From IMG/VR virus record IMGVR_UViG_3300042402_003062, positions 5,558 through 69,557 of that record: a stretch of 64,000 nucleotides of DNA. The stretch is one strand, 5' to 3'. How positions within the stretch are numbered: the stretch's first letter is position 1; each line of letters opens with the position of its first letter. Source of the DNA: a virus. Below, piece after piece: positions 1-8,880 of the stretch. The notes under the pieces are model-generated. The model ran no database searches and had not been told where the DNA came from. It saw only the letters and a program-made list of their open reading frames with translations. The translations under genes were made by a program, and so were the position numbers.

Positions 1-227
1 CCGTACGCAGAGATCAACCACATACAGTCGTTAGGTAATAAGTACTCATTATTAGGTACTGTATTTAATTCTAACACAACTTCTTTAATGCTTAGTGGAA
101 AGCGCTTATACAACTCGATAAGACCCAAGTTTAGGTAGGACACTATAGCTTTGTCTTCAAACTCACCAAGCTTTAGGTTGCGGAGCTCACCGTACTTAGC
201 CATATCAATTACTTCTTGTACAGTCAT
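1..227 (-). CDS. N4 gp67-like head-tail adaptor/virion protein, partial (runs off the window start)
   Basis: Own translation MTVQEVIDMAKYGELRNL...LNLGLIELYKRFPLSIKEVVLEL. The YGEL and NLGL..LYKRF pattern and the position downstream of the terminase match N4 gp67-like genes. GGAGG RBS upstream. Confidence 0.6.
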   Translation of the reverse strand, partial: MTVQEVIDMAKYGELRNLKLGEFEDKAIVSYLNLGLIELYKRFPLSIKEVVLELNTVPNNEYLLPNDCMWLISAY

Positions 228-250
228 GAGTCCTCCACTAACAATTTGCT

Positions 251-277
251 CTATTATATCTGGCAGAGCCTTAATCT
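251..277 (-). promoter_or_regulatory. putative sigma70-type late promoter
   Basis: Minus strand AGATTAAGG-N10-TATAATAG, with the same layout as 4115-4141. Confidence 0.6.
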
Positions 278-282
278 TGTCT

Positions 283-678
283 TTACTTTACAAGGTTATC
301 AAACCATTTGCAGTACTTATATAACCGATTGGCACCTGGTAAAGTTAACTTCCCCTCATACTTCCATTTATCAAGTACTATTTCAATAGCATTAAGCGTG
401 TACCCTACTGTAATACTACTCACCTCACAGAACTCACCAATCTCCGCATGAATCCCAGCATTACCCCACATTCTATTAATTGCAGTACACCCATCTGTTA
501 CAGATTCTACACCCAACAGCATCACTATACCTGTATCGATACCATCCTTGTATAAGTGGTACAGCACAGCATGCCCACTAACTCCAAGTCTTACACTACC
601 TAGTATGTCTGTTGCAGTCTTATCAAGTTCTTCGTCGCTAAACCACTCATCCGGTAATCTGTCCTGTGCTTCAATCAT
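283..678 (-). CDS. hypothetical protein
   Basis: 131 aa ORF whose start overlaps the terminase stop codon. Confidence 0.6.
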   Translation of the reverse strand: MIEAQDRLPDEWFSDEELDKTATDILGSVRLGVSGHAVLYHLYKDGIDTGIVMLLGVESVTDGCTAINRMWGNAGIHAEIGEFCEVSSITVGYTLNAIEIVLDKWKYEGKLTLPGANRLYKYCKWFDNLVK

Positions 679-2558
679 TAGAATACTGTACTCCCTTTGT
701 AATTTTCTTCTTCTTTTTCAAAGTTCATATCACTATAGATACTTCGTTTTATGTTATCTTGCTTATCAATACGTGCTGCTTGCGTCGGTTGTACAACCAC
801 CATATGATTTAGCATACTCACTAAGTCTGGTCCGTCATCCGCTCTAGCAAAGTTCATATGGGTCGCTCCTCGGACTTGCTCAAGGAATTCTTTCATATCC
901 TGTGTATCTTTTAGGTGCTCAGGCAACCATAACTTTTGTGGCAGCATAAACTGAGTAACAGCAATTCTAAATCGTTCATGCTTACTTCCTCCGGCTTTTC
1001 TACTAAGGATCCCTTTACGGATTTCATCCTTATCCACGCCTTTTTGCCTAGCAAATGTGTGCCAATCACTACGCTCCATCATTATCTTTTCTAGACTAAA
1101 GATATGTGCAGTCTGACTTCCATCTACCTCAACACCAATCTCCACATGTTTGCCCATACGTCGGTAGCGTGCAGCCCAGTCAAGTACAGTTGTGTACTGT
1201 TCAGTCATACTCATTTTGCGTAGTGCGAGGTCAAGCATGAACCAGTCGCCATTATTTCCTAATGCCCAAGCAGCAGCTCCACTATTATCCGATGTTTCTC
1301 CACTAGTCGTCGTGAAGTCGGTGGTAATGTATATGTTATATGCATAGAGATTATCTTGTATGAAGGTTGTGTCACAAAACTGTAGGCACTTCTCCGGGAC
1401 CAATCGGTCCGCATCACTAGATAGACGTAACATACGCTCTTGTAAAAATGACTTTAACTTGTTTGCTTTTTTAGCATTACGTACCATCTTCGCTATCGAT
1501 ACTGCTGGATGCATATCTTCCCAACTACTCTCAATATCTCTAGCAGTTAGACCTTCCTTCTCAACATCAAAGTCTCGCGCAATTGGGATGACAGCTGGAG
1601 TAAACGCCCCATTAAGTAAAGCTTTTGTGTTTACATCATTGTAGTGGAATGGCGTAAACGTTAGGATCAATCGTCCTTGACCTCCACCTTTTAAGGCCGC
1701 AAGCGCATCACTATATATAATATCCTCTAGGTTCGATGTCATAACCTTTGAGTACGCTGCTGCAGTATTGAGGATAGCATCATCAGCCCCAATTAAGTCA
1801 GGTCTTCGTTCACCATACCTTGATCCACGCACCCCGGTATTTATACCTTGATAACGTATTAGGAAGGATCGATTCTTCTTAGGCCCTGGACCCTTACGAA
1901 CAAACTCAGATTCTGTTTCTGTAAATCGCATCTCCTCAAAGTAATCTTTTAAGTAGGCAGACTCTTCACACATTGCGCGTACTGCCAAGGCATTGATCCT
2001 CGCCCCACCTTTACTTGACGCAGCAAGCCATAGGTAAAAGTACACTTTACCAATTCCGTTAGGGAGCGTACCTTTAATAGCGCTGTACACACCAAAAAAA
2101 GAGATAACAATTGTTGACTTTGCAAGACCCCGTGATTCCATAAATCCTATAGCCAATGGGTCAATCTCAATACTCTTACACACATCTTCAGAGTATGGGA
2201 AGCTTAACGGATCTGTAATATACCCAAGTAGCAAGTCCACCATGAAGTAGTGCGCGATCGGTGTTGCAAAGTCAAAATCTTTACCTTCCACTAATCGCAT
2301 TAGTGTGAAGAACTCAAATGCTTCAACACTAGGTGTGTACCGTGGGAATGTTGGATCATAACTATCTAGTGCTGCGTCAAGGTCAAACACCGCATTAGCT
2401 TTTGTCTCAGCCTCTAGTGCATGTGCAGCTTCCATCTCCTCTTCATCAACAATATTGTTTATTAAGTGCTCCGCGCTAGCCCCAAGTGTAGCAAGTAAGT
2501 ATTCCTTATCCTCTACACTAAGATCTTCTACTTTGTACTCATCATTATAGCCTCTCAT
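678..2558 (-). CDS. terL: terminase large subunit (N4 gp68-like)
   Basis: Walker A ESRGLAKST, GVRGSR, Walker B IGADD, and RNase H-like nuclease motifs TTDFT and DDGPD. 626 aa. Confidence 0.92.
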   Translation of the reverse strand: MRGYNDEYKVEDLSVEDKEYLLATLGASAEHLINNIVDEEEMEAAHALEAETKANAVFDLDAALDSYDPTFPRYTPSVEAFEFFTLMRLVEGKDFDFATPIAHYFMVDLLLGYITDPLSFPYSEDVCKSIEIDPLAIGFMESRGLAKSTIVISFFGVYSAIKGTLPNGIGKVYFYLWLAASSKGGARINALAVRAMCEESAYLKDYFEEMRFTETESEFVRKGPGPKKNRSFLIRYQGINTGVRGSRYGERRPDLIGADDAILNTAAAYSKVMTSNLEDIIYSDALAALKGGGQGRLILTFTPFHYNDVNTKALLNGAFTPAVIPIARDFDVEKEGLTARDIESSWEDMHPAVSIAKMVRNAKKANKLKSFLQERMLRLSSDADRLVPEKCLQFCDTTFIQDNLYAYNIYITTDFTTTSGETSDNSGAAAWALGNNGDWFMLDLALRKMSMTEQYTTVLDWAARYRRMGKHVEIGVEVDGSQTAHIFSLEKIMMERSDWHTFARQKGVDKDEIRKGILSRKAGGSKHERFRIAVTQFMLPQKLWLPEHLKDTQDMKEFLEQVRGATHMNFARADDGPDLVSMLNHMVVVQPTQAARIDKQDNIKRSIYSDMNFEKEEENYKGSTVF

Positions 2559-2561
2559 TTA

Positions 2562-3344
2562 CTACTCCTCAATCTCAGTATCGATTACTATACCAACTCT
2601 TTGTACCTCTCTAAGTGATCTTCCGGACTGGAACTGTTGGCGCATTAACTCAGCACTCTCTGCAATTTGCTTAGCCAAGTTCTGTTGCATCTGCATTGCT
2701 TCTTCATTCAACCCAACCTTTAACTCAATACTCTTATCTTCCGGTGGACGTAGGTAATCCAACGCTCCAAGGGCCGCATTTAACTGCACAGTTGGGCTAA
2801 CGTAGTCATCCACTTTAGCACCAACCCCATTGGTAAGATCCACCAACTTCTTAATTAGCTGATTACGCACCGGTAAGAACTCAATATGTGCATGAATCGC
2901 AGATCTGCTTAGGATCTCCACAACAGTCTTTGACTTAGCATACTCCGTAGCAAAACTACTAGTATCACTCTTCCGTGCTTTAATCTCTAATGTCTTTACA
3001 GGAAACACAAGCTCATAGGCTCTTGTATTAGAGCACCCGGTCTGCACATGTGACACAAACTTAATCGCATTAATCAATCGATCAACCGATACCCCAGGCC
3101 CAATCAAGTCTGTGTATGATAGAAACTTCTCTTCAAAGTAATCTTGCAGCAGCCCATCAGATTCTTCAATATTATGGATACGTTCTAGTGTTGCTCGAAT
3201 TGTTTCATCATTTACTTGGCCCTTCATTACACTACGTAATAGTTCTTCTGTGATTAAGGACTCATTAGACTCAGCAGCCTGGCGCATCTCACCTTTTACA
3301 TTCTTTACTAAATTTTTTACTGAATTATTTATAACTTCTTTTGC
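2562..3344 (-). CDS. N4 gp69-like protein (candidate small terminase)
   Basis: Directly upstream of terL. NAIKFVSH..GCSNTRAYELVFP and SPTVQLNAA...L.PPE resemble N4 gp69-like proteins. Probable GTG start at 3344 after an AGGAG RBS; the ORF is open from 3407. Confidence 0.6.
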   Translation of the reverse strand, partial: AKEVINNSVKNLVKNVKGEMRQAAESNESLITEELLRSVMKGQVNDETIRATLERIHNIEESDGLLQDYFEEKFLSYTDLIGPGVSVDRLINAIKFVSHVQTGCSNTRAYELVFPVKTLEIKARKSDTSSFATEYAKSKTVVEILSRSAIHAHIEFLPVRNQLIKKLVDLTNGVGAKVDDYVSPTVQLNAALGALDYLRPPEDKSIELKVGLNEEAMQMQQNLAKQIAESAELMRQQFQSGRSLREVQRVGIVIDTEIEE

Positions 3345-3355
3345 CACAGTATCTC

Positions 3356-3742
3356 CTATATTTCTATTAAATTTCGTACTTGTGCAGGGTAATCCGCATT
3401 CATACACTCTACATACGCAAGTTCCACTATAGTAAGGTCACACTCCACCAATTCACTGCATCCATCAAACTCAAATGCTGGGTAGTATCGATGTTCTTTT
3501 AGTCGTTCCAGTAATGCAGCCTCAACTACATAGTTATTATGTGTTCGATCATTGCGCAGTATCTCTATCTTTGGGAGAAACTTATACACCCCATGAATAG
3601 CTTCTGATAACTCCAATGCTCGCTTAAGCGCACACCGATTGGTAGTCCCAATCTTTATAACAGATTTACCATCCAACTCTATACGCAACAGGTACACTTC
3701 ACCATCGATCTTGCGCGGCTCCCTAGCTTTACCTCGTGCCAT
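3356..3742 (-). CDS. GIY-YIG / T5orf172-like nuclease
   Basis: VYLLR...IKIGTTNR, a conserved E and FDGCSE motifs. Confidence 0.6.
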   Translation of the reverse strand: MARGKAREPRKIDGEVYLLRIELDGKSVIKIGTTNRCALKRALELSEAIHGVYKFLPKIEILRNDRTHNNYVVEAALLERLKEHRYYPAFEFDGCSELVECDLTIVELAYVECMNADYPAQVRNLIEI

Positions 3743-3743
3743 C

Positions 3744-3899
3744 TTAGATCCACCCAAGTAACAGCAATATCTTTTCTACACCCAAGTACCATGCATAAGG
3801 AATAAAGAATATAGCAAAAAACGTAGACCAGAACCCTTTAGCTAGGACAATCCCAACAAGCCAACTAATAACACATAGTGCAGTAAATACGTTACTCAT
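3744..3899 (-). CDS. small membrane protein (51 aa)
   Basis: Own translation MSNVFTALCVISWLVGIVLAKGFWSTFFAIFFIPYAWYLGVEKILLLLGWI. Fills the gap between its neighbours. Confidence 0.6.
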   Translation of the reverse strand: MSNVFTALCVISWLVGIVLAKGFWSTFFAIFFIPYAWYLGVEKILLLLGWI

Positions 3900-3901
3900 A
3901 G

Positions 3902-4087
3902 TTAGTCCGCCCTTTCCACAAAGAATTTACCGTACATAGCCCAAGGCGCACGACCAGACCACAATGACCGCAACTCGCGGGTGACTGTGGCCTCTGAGCC
4001 TAAGCAGGCGCACTTAACGATTGACCGGGCCGCCTCCCTAATACTCTCGTACTCTACACCATTAACCTTCATTCTCTTCTTCTTCAT
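3902..4087 (-). CDS. small NUMOD1-like DNA-binding protein
   Basis: VNGVEYESIREAARSI helix-turn-helix motif. Confidence 0.5.
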   Translation of the reverse strand: MKKKRMKVNGVEYESIREAARSIVKCACLGSEATVTRELRSLWSGRAPWAMYGKFFVERAD

Positions 4088-4114
4088 TACATACCTTTGG
4101 TAATATCATTGGTC

Positions 4115-4141
4115 CTATTGTACTTTAGGTAACCTTAATCT
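4115..4141 (-). promoter_or_regulatory. putative sigma70-type late promoter
   Basis: Minus strand AGATTAAGG-N10-TACAATAG, upstream of the terminase operon. Confidence 0.6.
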
Positions 4142-4276
4142 AACATGAGGGGGTACGTATGGTTAATTTTTAAATTTTCGGGGAGGTTGGCAATATCACC
4201 ACCCAGCCCAGCCACAACCCGGACCCCCCCCGTACTTCCAACTGCTCCAGACAAATAACCTTACAAAACCCCAAGG

Positions 4277-4355
4277 CTTTTACAGTCTATCGGTGACTTC
4301 GGTCAAGTTGTGTTAGTTGTTGCTGTTTTTGGTCCGTACCTTCTACAGTCTATTG
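4277..4355 (+). repeat. two copies of a CTTYTACRGTYTAT(TG) motif (candidate phage promoter)
   Basis: Copies at 4277-4290 and 4340-4355; further copies at 5175-5190 and 6977-6992. Confidence 0.55.
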
Positions 4356-4406
4356 TTCTCCATTATTGTGTCCGCGAACGACCTTAAACTAAGTAAAGGA
4401 TTAATT

Positions 4407-4706
4407 ATGTTAAAGAAACAAGAAGGCCTCTTGGGCACAACCAGTACTACCGTTATCGTTGGCTTCAATGCAGTACAGTCTGTTGTGAAAGCCGGTGCTA
4501 AAGTAATGGACGCTTTGGATATTAACTCAATGACTAACCTCGTTGAGACTGCATCAGACGCAATTGATGTGGCTATGTCTAATATGCACTCCATCCTTGA
4601 GGATACTGCGACTACCACAGACCCTGTTATGCTAGAGTTCCTTGCTATCAAGCAAAACTTGTGGTTGGGGTCAGCTAAGTACGCGTCTAAGATTGCGTCT
4701 AAGTAA
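4407..4706 (+). CDS. hypothetical early protein
   Basis: ATG at 4407 after AAGGA; first plus-strand gene. Confidence 0.7.
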   Translation: MLKKQEGLLGTTSTTVIVGFNAVQSVVKAGAKVMDALDINSMTNLVETASDAIDVAMSNMHSILEDTATTTDPVMLEFLAIKQNLWLGSAKYASKIASK

Positions 4707-4781
4707 TAACCTCTTACTGTGTGTTGGTGCCTTCGGGCTAACTCTCTGGGCCCATGCGGGCTCTACTATAAGGATTTAATT

Positions 4782-5102
4782 ATGAAAAAGCTTACTCTTA
4801 CCGAAACCCAAGTCTCTGAAGTTCTCAACAAACTTACTCCATCGTGGGTTGGTTGTATTAACGCAGTAGATTTAGAGCGTGCTCAAGTTGCGAAGTCTCA
4901 AACCCGTAATTGGTTGTTCGGGACTATCATCAACCAAAAGTTTATTAAGTTAAACAAAAACTTTGCTACCTTTAAGGCAGGGGAGTTGGTGTCTATCGCC
5001 GACATATATGATACCGATTCAGCCCAGTCTTTGGCCGGTCTCATCATATACCGACTAGCCCACTCAGGCTTAGTCAAAGCACCAAGTATCGTTGGTGTTT
5101 AA
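4782..5102 (+). CDS. hypothetical early protein
   Basis: ATG at 4782 after TAAGGA. Confidence 0.7.
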   Translation: MKKLTLTETQVSEVLNKLTPSWVGCINAVDLERAQVAKSQTRNWLFGTIINQKFIKLNKNFATFKAGELVSIADIYDTDSAQSLAGLIIYRLAHSGLVKAPSIVGV

Positions 5103-5134
5103 CAAGCTCTTCGGAGTTTGTTTACCTTTTTTTT
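5101..5134 (+). terminator. rho-independent terminator
   Basis: AACAAGCTC-TTCG-GAGTTTGTT hairpin (UUCG loop) followed by a T run. Confidence 0.8.
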
Positions 5135-5218
5135 ATCACATCTCACTTCGCAGACTGTTTAATAAATCTTTATACTTTTACAGTTTATTGATTATTTTTA
5201 TTGTTCGGTGGACTCAGG

Positions 5219-5554
5219 TTAAGAATAGTTGCTAAGCAAGGATTTCTTTTGACCTTCTGTAATTCCACCTCTATCTTGATAGAACTTAGACACACTTAGT
5301 GTAAAACTATTAGATGGAAGCATAGGTAAACCTACCAACACAGCTAGCTTATCCAAATCCTCTTGCTCTTTAACAAGCTGTTCAGCTCTCATGATTTTAG
5401 CAAGCTCTAGTGCTACCGCTTTATTTATTTCCACAAGTTGTTTATCTTTATCAGACTCTTTGACCTGCAAGCTAACCAACAGAAACTCCTCTGATGGTAA
5501 CTCCTTGCGGAGTATATCTTGTGCCTTAAGTTTAATTCTATCTTTATCAGTCAT
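5219..5554 (-). CDS. hypothetical protein, last gene of the ParB-like cassette
   Basis: 111 aa, overlaps the upstream gene, AAGGAG RBS. Confidence 0.65.
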   Translation of the reverse strand: MTDKDRIKLKAQDILRKELPSEEFLLVSLQVKESDKDKQLVEINKAVALELAKIMRAEQLVKEQEDLDKLAVLVGLPMLPSNSFTLSVSKFYQDRGGITEGQKKSLLSNYS

Positions 5555-6329
5555 TTGTGATCTCCTTTAGCTTGTATTTTAGATTGAGCAATTCACACAT
5601 AAGTTTTTTAACTTCTATCGATACTGAATCATTCTTTCCAATGGTTGTCCAGAAGATATCCTTAGCAGTTTCAGTATTCAAATACTCATTGAAGTCTACT
5701 TGTGCTTCTTCAATTACTTCTGTTTCATCAACGATTAACATTTCTTGCTCCTCTAATTTAGCAATTTGAGTTCTAATACTCTTTAGGGCCACTCCTAAAT
5801 ACACCACTTCACCGGTTAAAGATTTAATCTCAGCCTTTCCACCCTCTGCTTCTAAGTGTTCAATCACTTTAGCATGTCTAGTATCGGCAATGTATCGCAC
5901 ATACCCAATTGCTTTTGGGTCTTTTAACCCAGTTATTCTAACTGCCATAACATCAGTGTACCCAAATTGCTTAACTAGCTTGTATGCTTTGATTGCCATC
6001 TGTGTTGGTGTTGGATTTCTCACACCAAATATGTTGCTGTTACATAAACGTATGTACACATCATCAGGAGTACTTGGGTCAACATGTTGAATTAACAATT
6101 TTCTACCCAATTCTTGTGCAATCTGAAGTCTATTTCTTCCATCACCTAATAAATCTCCTCGCATCAGCACCGGATTTGTTTGGCCATCTCGTTCAATGGT
6201 ATCCTTAAGTGCACCATATCCTGCAGGATCTTTGGCGGGATTAAACCCTGCTATCTTCTCATCAATCTTCACATTATGCGGACTAATCCATTCCGGTTCT
6301 CCAATGTAGTACTTACTTATTATGTTCAT
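5547..6329 (-). CDS. ParB/Sulfiredoxin N-terminal-domain protein
   Basis: LKDTIERDGQTNPV...LGDGRNRL (GxxR motif), then N...RN and a helical region. Confidence 0.7.
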   Translation of the reverse strand: MNIISKYYIGEPEWISPHNVKIDEKIAGFNPAKDPAGYGALKDTIERDGQTNPVLMRGDLLGDGRNRLQIAQELGRKLLIQHVDPSTPDDVYIRLCNSNIFGVRNPTPTQMAIKAYKLVKQFGYTDVMAVRITGLKDPKAIGYVRYIADTRHAKVIEHLEAEGGKAEIKSLTGEVVYLGVALKSIRTQIAKLEEQEMLIVDETEVIEEAQVDFNEYLNTETAKDIFWTTIGKNDSVSIEVKKLMCELLNLKYKLKEITND

Positions 6330-6495
6330 TTATGTACCTTTTATATGTGTAGCCCAATCGTTTTAACTCTGTGTCTACCAAGTTTCCTATGAGTGCACTC
6401 TGTGTCTCTTTATTACCACGAATGTTACTAAGCATCTTCAACCTCTTGGTCAAATCCTTAGTGACTGCTACTCTAACAGTTTCATTGTCAGTCAT
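6313..6495 (-). CDS. small ribbon-helix-helix-like DNA-binding protein
   Basis: TVRVAV strand followed by two helices; AAGGAG RBS. Confidence 0.45.
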   Translation of the reverse strand: MTDNETVRVAVTKDLTKRLKMLSNIRGNKETQSALIGNLVDTELKRLGYTYKRYINEHNK

Positions 6496-7091
6496 TTACT
6501 ACTCCTTCAGCCAAATATTCATAATTTTGCCACCATCTAGCTTTAACTTAGCTTAAATATGTACATATTAATACCACTAGATTGTACAATGTAGTAATTA
6601 CCACCATCCAAAAACATCATGGTAGTAATTTTGTCAAACAATTCAGACTGTCTATATAGTATATATTAAGCATTGGGGAAGCTTTTACGAAATTATTTGC
6701 TTAATCTAATCTTAACCAAACAACTCTTCGCGTAGCAGTGTCTCGCTGTTGTTGGATTTCAATGAACCCACCACCCAACTAAGCAAGCCACCAACCAGAA
6801 TGACCTCAACCTTAACCAAACCTTAAGACAAATTCAAGAATTTTACCTAAATTCCTCAACACTCACTCAACAATGCCTATTATCTGTACAACTACCTGTA
6901 TAAATTTTATACAACTTTAGTGGTCACTATTTCATCACTAGTTGTTTATTATTTATACAGTGTATTAGTTCATAACCTTTTACGGTCTATTGTTGTTCTA
7001 ATTTATTTATATTTTAGTACATCCATATTATCTACAGCCGTCCGCGCCCAACCACAAGCGCCTACCCACACCAAACCATAAGGATTTAACA

Positions 7092-7430
7092 ATGACCAAA
7101 GATTTAACAAAAATCGCAAAGCGCATTACCAAAGACCTAAGTGACACACGTATTATCGAGTATATTCGCATGGAGGGAGTTACTGAATTCCCAGGTATAC
7201 ATGTATATGAAGCAGGCACACCAGCCCTAAAAGTAACATCAATATCACAATTCATGCGTGGTGTTGAGTTATATGTAGTGGCATACGCTCCAAAGCAATA
7301 CCGAATCCACACGAGTTCGGGCTTTAGCAGTGTGAAGGCAATCAAACACATCATAATTGAGCTAGCAGTAATGCTAGAGTCAACACGTCTCAAAAACATT
7401 TACAAGGAGCCAGAATGCCCAAATACGTAA
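7092..7430 (+). CDS. hypothetical early protein
   Basis: TAAGGA RBS, 112 aa. Confidence 0.65.
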   Translation: MTKDLTKIAKRITKDLSDTRIIEYIRMEGVTEFPGIHVYEAGTPALKVTSISQFMRGVELYVVAYAPKQYRIHTSSGFSSVKAIKHIIIELAVMLESTRLKNIYKEPECPNT

Positions 7431-7593
7431 TCAAACTCATACAGGCCCAAGACATTGTAGTCTTAACCGAGTGTGGCTTCCACCACATAGTTGCACATAT
7501 CAATCACTATTTCAACCTATACAAGGAGGAATTAGTTTAATCAGCTCATGTTGTGTCTAGTACACTAACCTACCACAAAATAAGGACTTAGCA

Positions 7594-7761
7594 ATGCAAA
7601 CCTACAAAGTAATCGGCTCAATCGGCATCAAAAACAATCGTCCAGTTGGTCGTCGCTCAACAGCTACACGAACTCGTCTTACAAACCCAACTATGTCAGA
7701 CCTTAAAGCATTGGGTTATAACACCAAACAAGCTCAACGTATCCTCGATCTAGTCGCGTAA
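7594..7761 (+). CDS. small basic hypothetical protein (55 aa)
   Basis: Own translation MQTYKVIGSIGIKNNRPVGRRSTATRTRL...; TAAGGA RBS. Confidence 0.6.
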   Translation: MQTYKVIGSIGIKNNRPVGRRSTATRTRLTNPTMSDLKALGYNTKQAQRILDLVA

Positions 7762-7820
7762 GCAACCCAAGACGTCCGCAACGACGTTAAATCTACACAT
7801 CAAATTTGGAGATTCACACA

Positions 7821-8111
7821 ATGTTACAAACACGAACCCGTAAACCAGGCGTATTAGGAAAAACTTATGACCGTATCGGTAACGCCGCAGATAATTCATT
7901 GGCAGTAGTAGACCACGGCACAAACGCACTAGCAATTGGCACAAGCTCATTGGTTCCAATGGCAGAAGAGTTAGTCAATAACTCCAAGGCAGACCTAGTT
8001 GAGTCTATCGTAAACTTGGGTCTTGTCCGCAAAAATGCAATGCTTACTTTGACAGAGGCTGGCTACACAGACCTCGAAATCGCAGAAATGCTAGCACCAA
8101 CGCGGCATTAA
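7821..8111 (+). CDS. hypothetical early protein
   Basis: GGAG RBS before ATG 7821. Confidence 0.65.
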   Translation: MLQTRTRKPGVLGKTYDRIGNAADNSLAVVDHGTNALAIGTSSLVPMAEELVNNSKADLVESIVNLGLVRKNAMLTLTEAGYTDLEIAEMLAPTRH

Positions 8112-8186
8112 TTAGTACATCCGGCCAATCCCATAAACGTTGCAGAAATGCCAAGCTACACAACAATCAAAAAGGAACTTTAATTT

Positions 8187-8837
8187 ATGAAAAATACTAA
8201 CACTCTAACATTCGAACAACAACTACAAGAAGCAGTAGCAAACGCACAAGTTGCCCGTGATCAACAACACCTTGAGTCTCTTCAAAGTCTCCTTACGAAT
8301 AGTGCATTTATTGAAGCACAGCGCACATTGTCCGCTAAAGACCATGAACTTACCCGTCTTAACACAATCATGAATCAGCTTAACCAAATCAAGCCATTCG
8401 TTGCAAAAGACGGCACAAAGTACGCCATCAAGTGCTTCCCTGTAAGCTTCTTTGGCACAGGACTTAGCCAAGTTCTTGGTATTATCAGCGCATCTCGTGG
8501 TGCATTTACCGATGAGCTTGCTTTGCAGTACTCAGCAATATGTGGTATTAGCATGATTGAGCTTGCGGAAGCAAACGACGCTATGGGTTCACCAATGTAC
8601 CTTAGCAAAGACGGCACTGTATCAGTACCAACTCCACCAAACTTGGGCAAATTGCGCCAACTTCTTGCATCTATTATGCTTAAGCTTAACATCAAAGAAT
8701 TCTCGCCTGAAGTAATAACTCAAGACCGTATGGACTTGTGGTTTGCCAAAGCAGAACTTGCTGTATCTAAGAAGCAGGAAGAAATCGCAACAACTGCACA
8801 AATCGACGAGTCGTCAGCCTTCACAATCGAAGACTAA
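8187..8837 (+). CDS. hypothetical protein upstream of the RNA polymerase
   Basis: 216 aa, AAGGA RBS, coiled-coil-like N terminus. Confidence 0.75.
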   Translation: MKNTNTLTFEQQLQEAVANAQVARDQQHLESLQSLLTNSAFIEAQRTLSAKDHELTRLNTIMNQLNQIKPFVAKDGTKYAIKCFPVSFFGTGLSQVLGIISASRGAFTDELALQYSAICGISMIELAEANDAMGSPMYLSKDGTVSVPTPPNLGKLRQLLASIMLKLNIKEFSPEVITQDRMDLWFAKAELAVSKKQEEIATTAQIDESSAFTIED

Positions 8838-8880
8838 ACTAAGCCCTATATAGAGGGCTTTACACACATAAGGATTTAAT

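Noticed and set aside
4293-4304. N4-type hairpin promoter at TGAC-TTCG-GTCA
   Set aside because: The template-strand hairpin has a 4-nt loop rather than the C-GNA-G triloop, so it is more likely an RNA UUCG hairpin.
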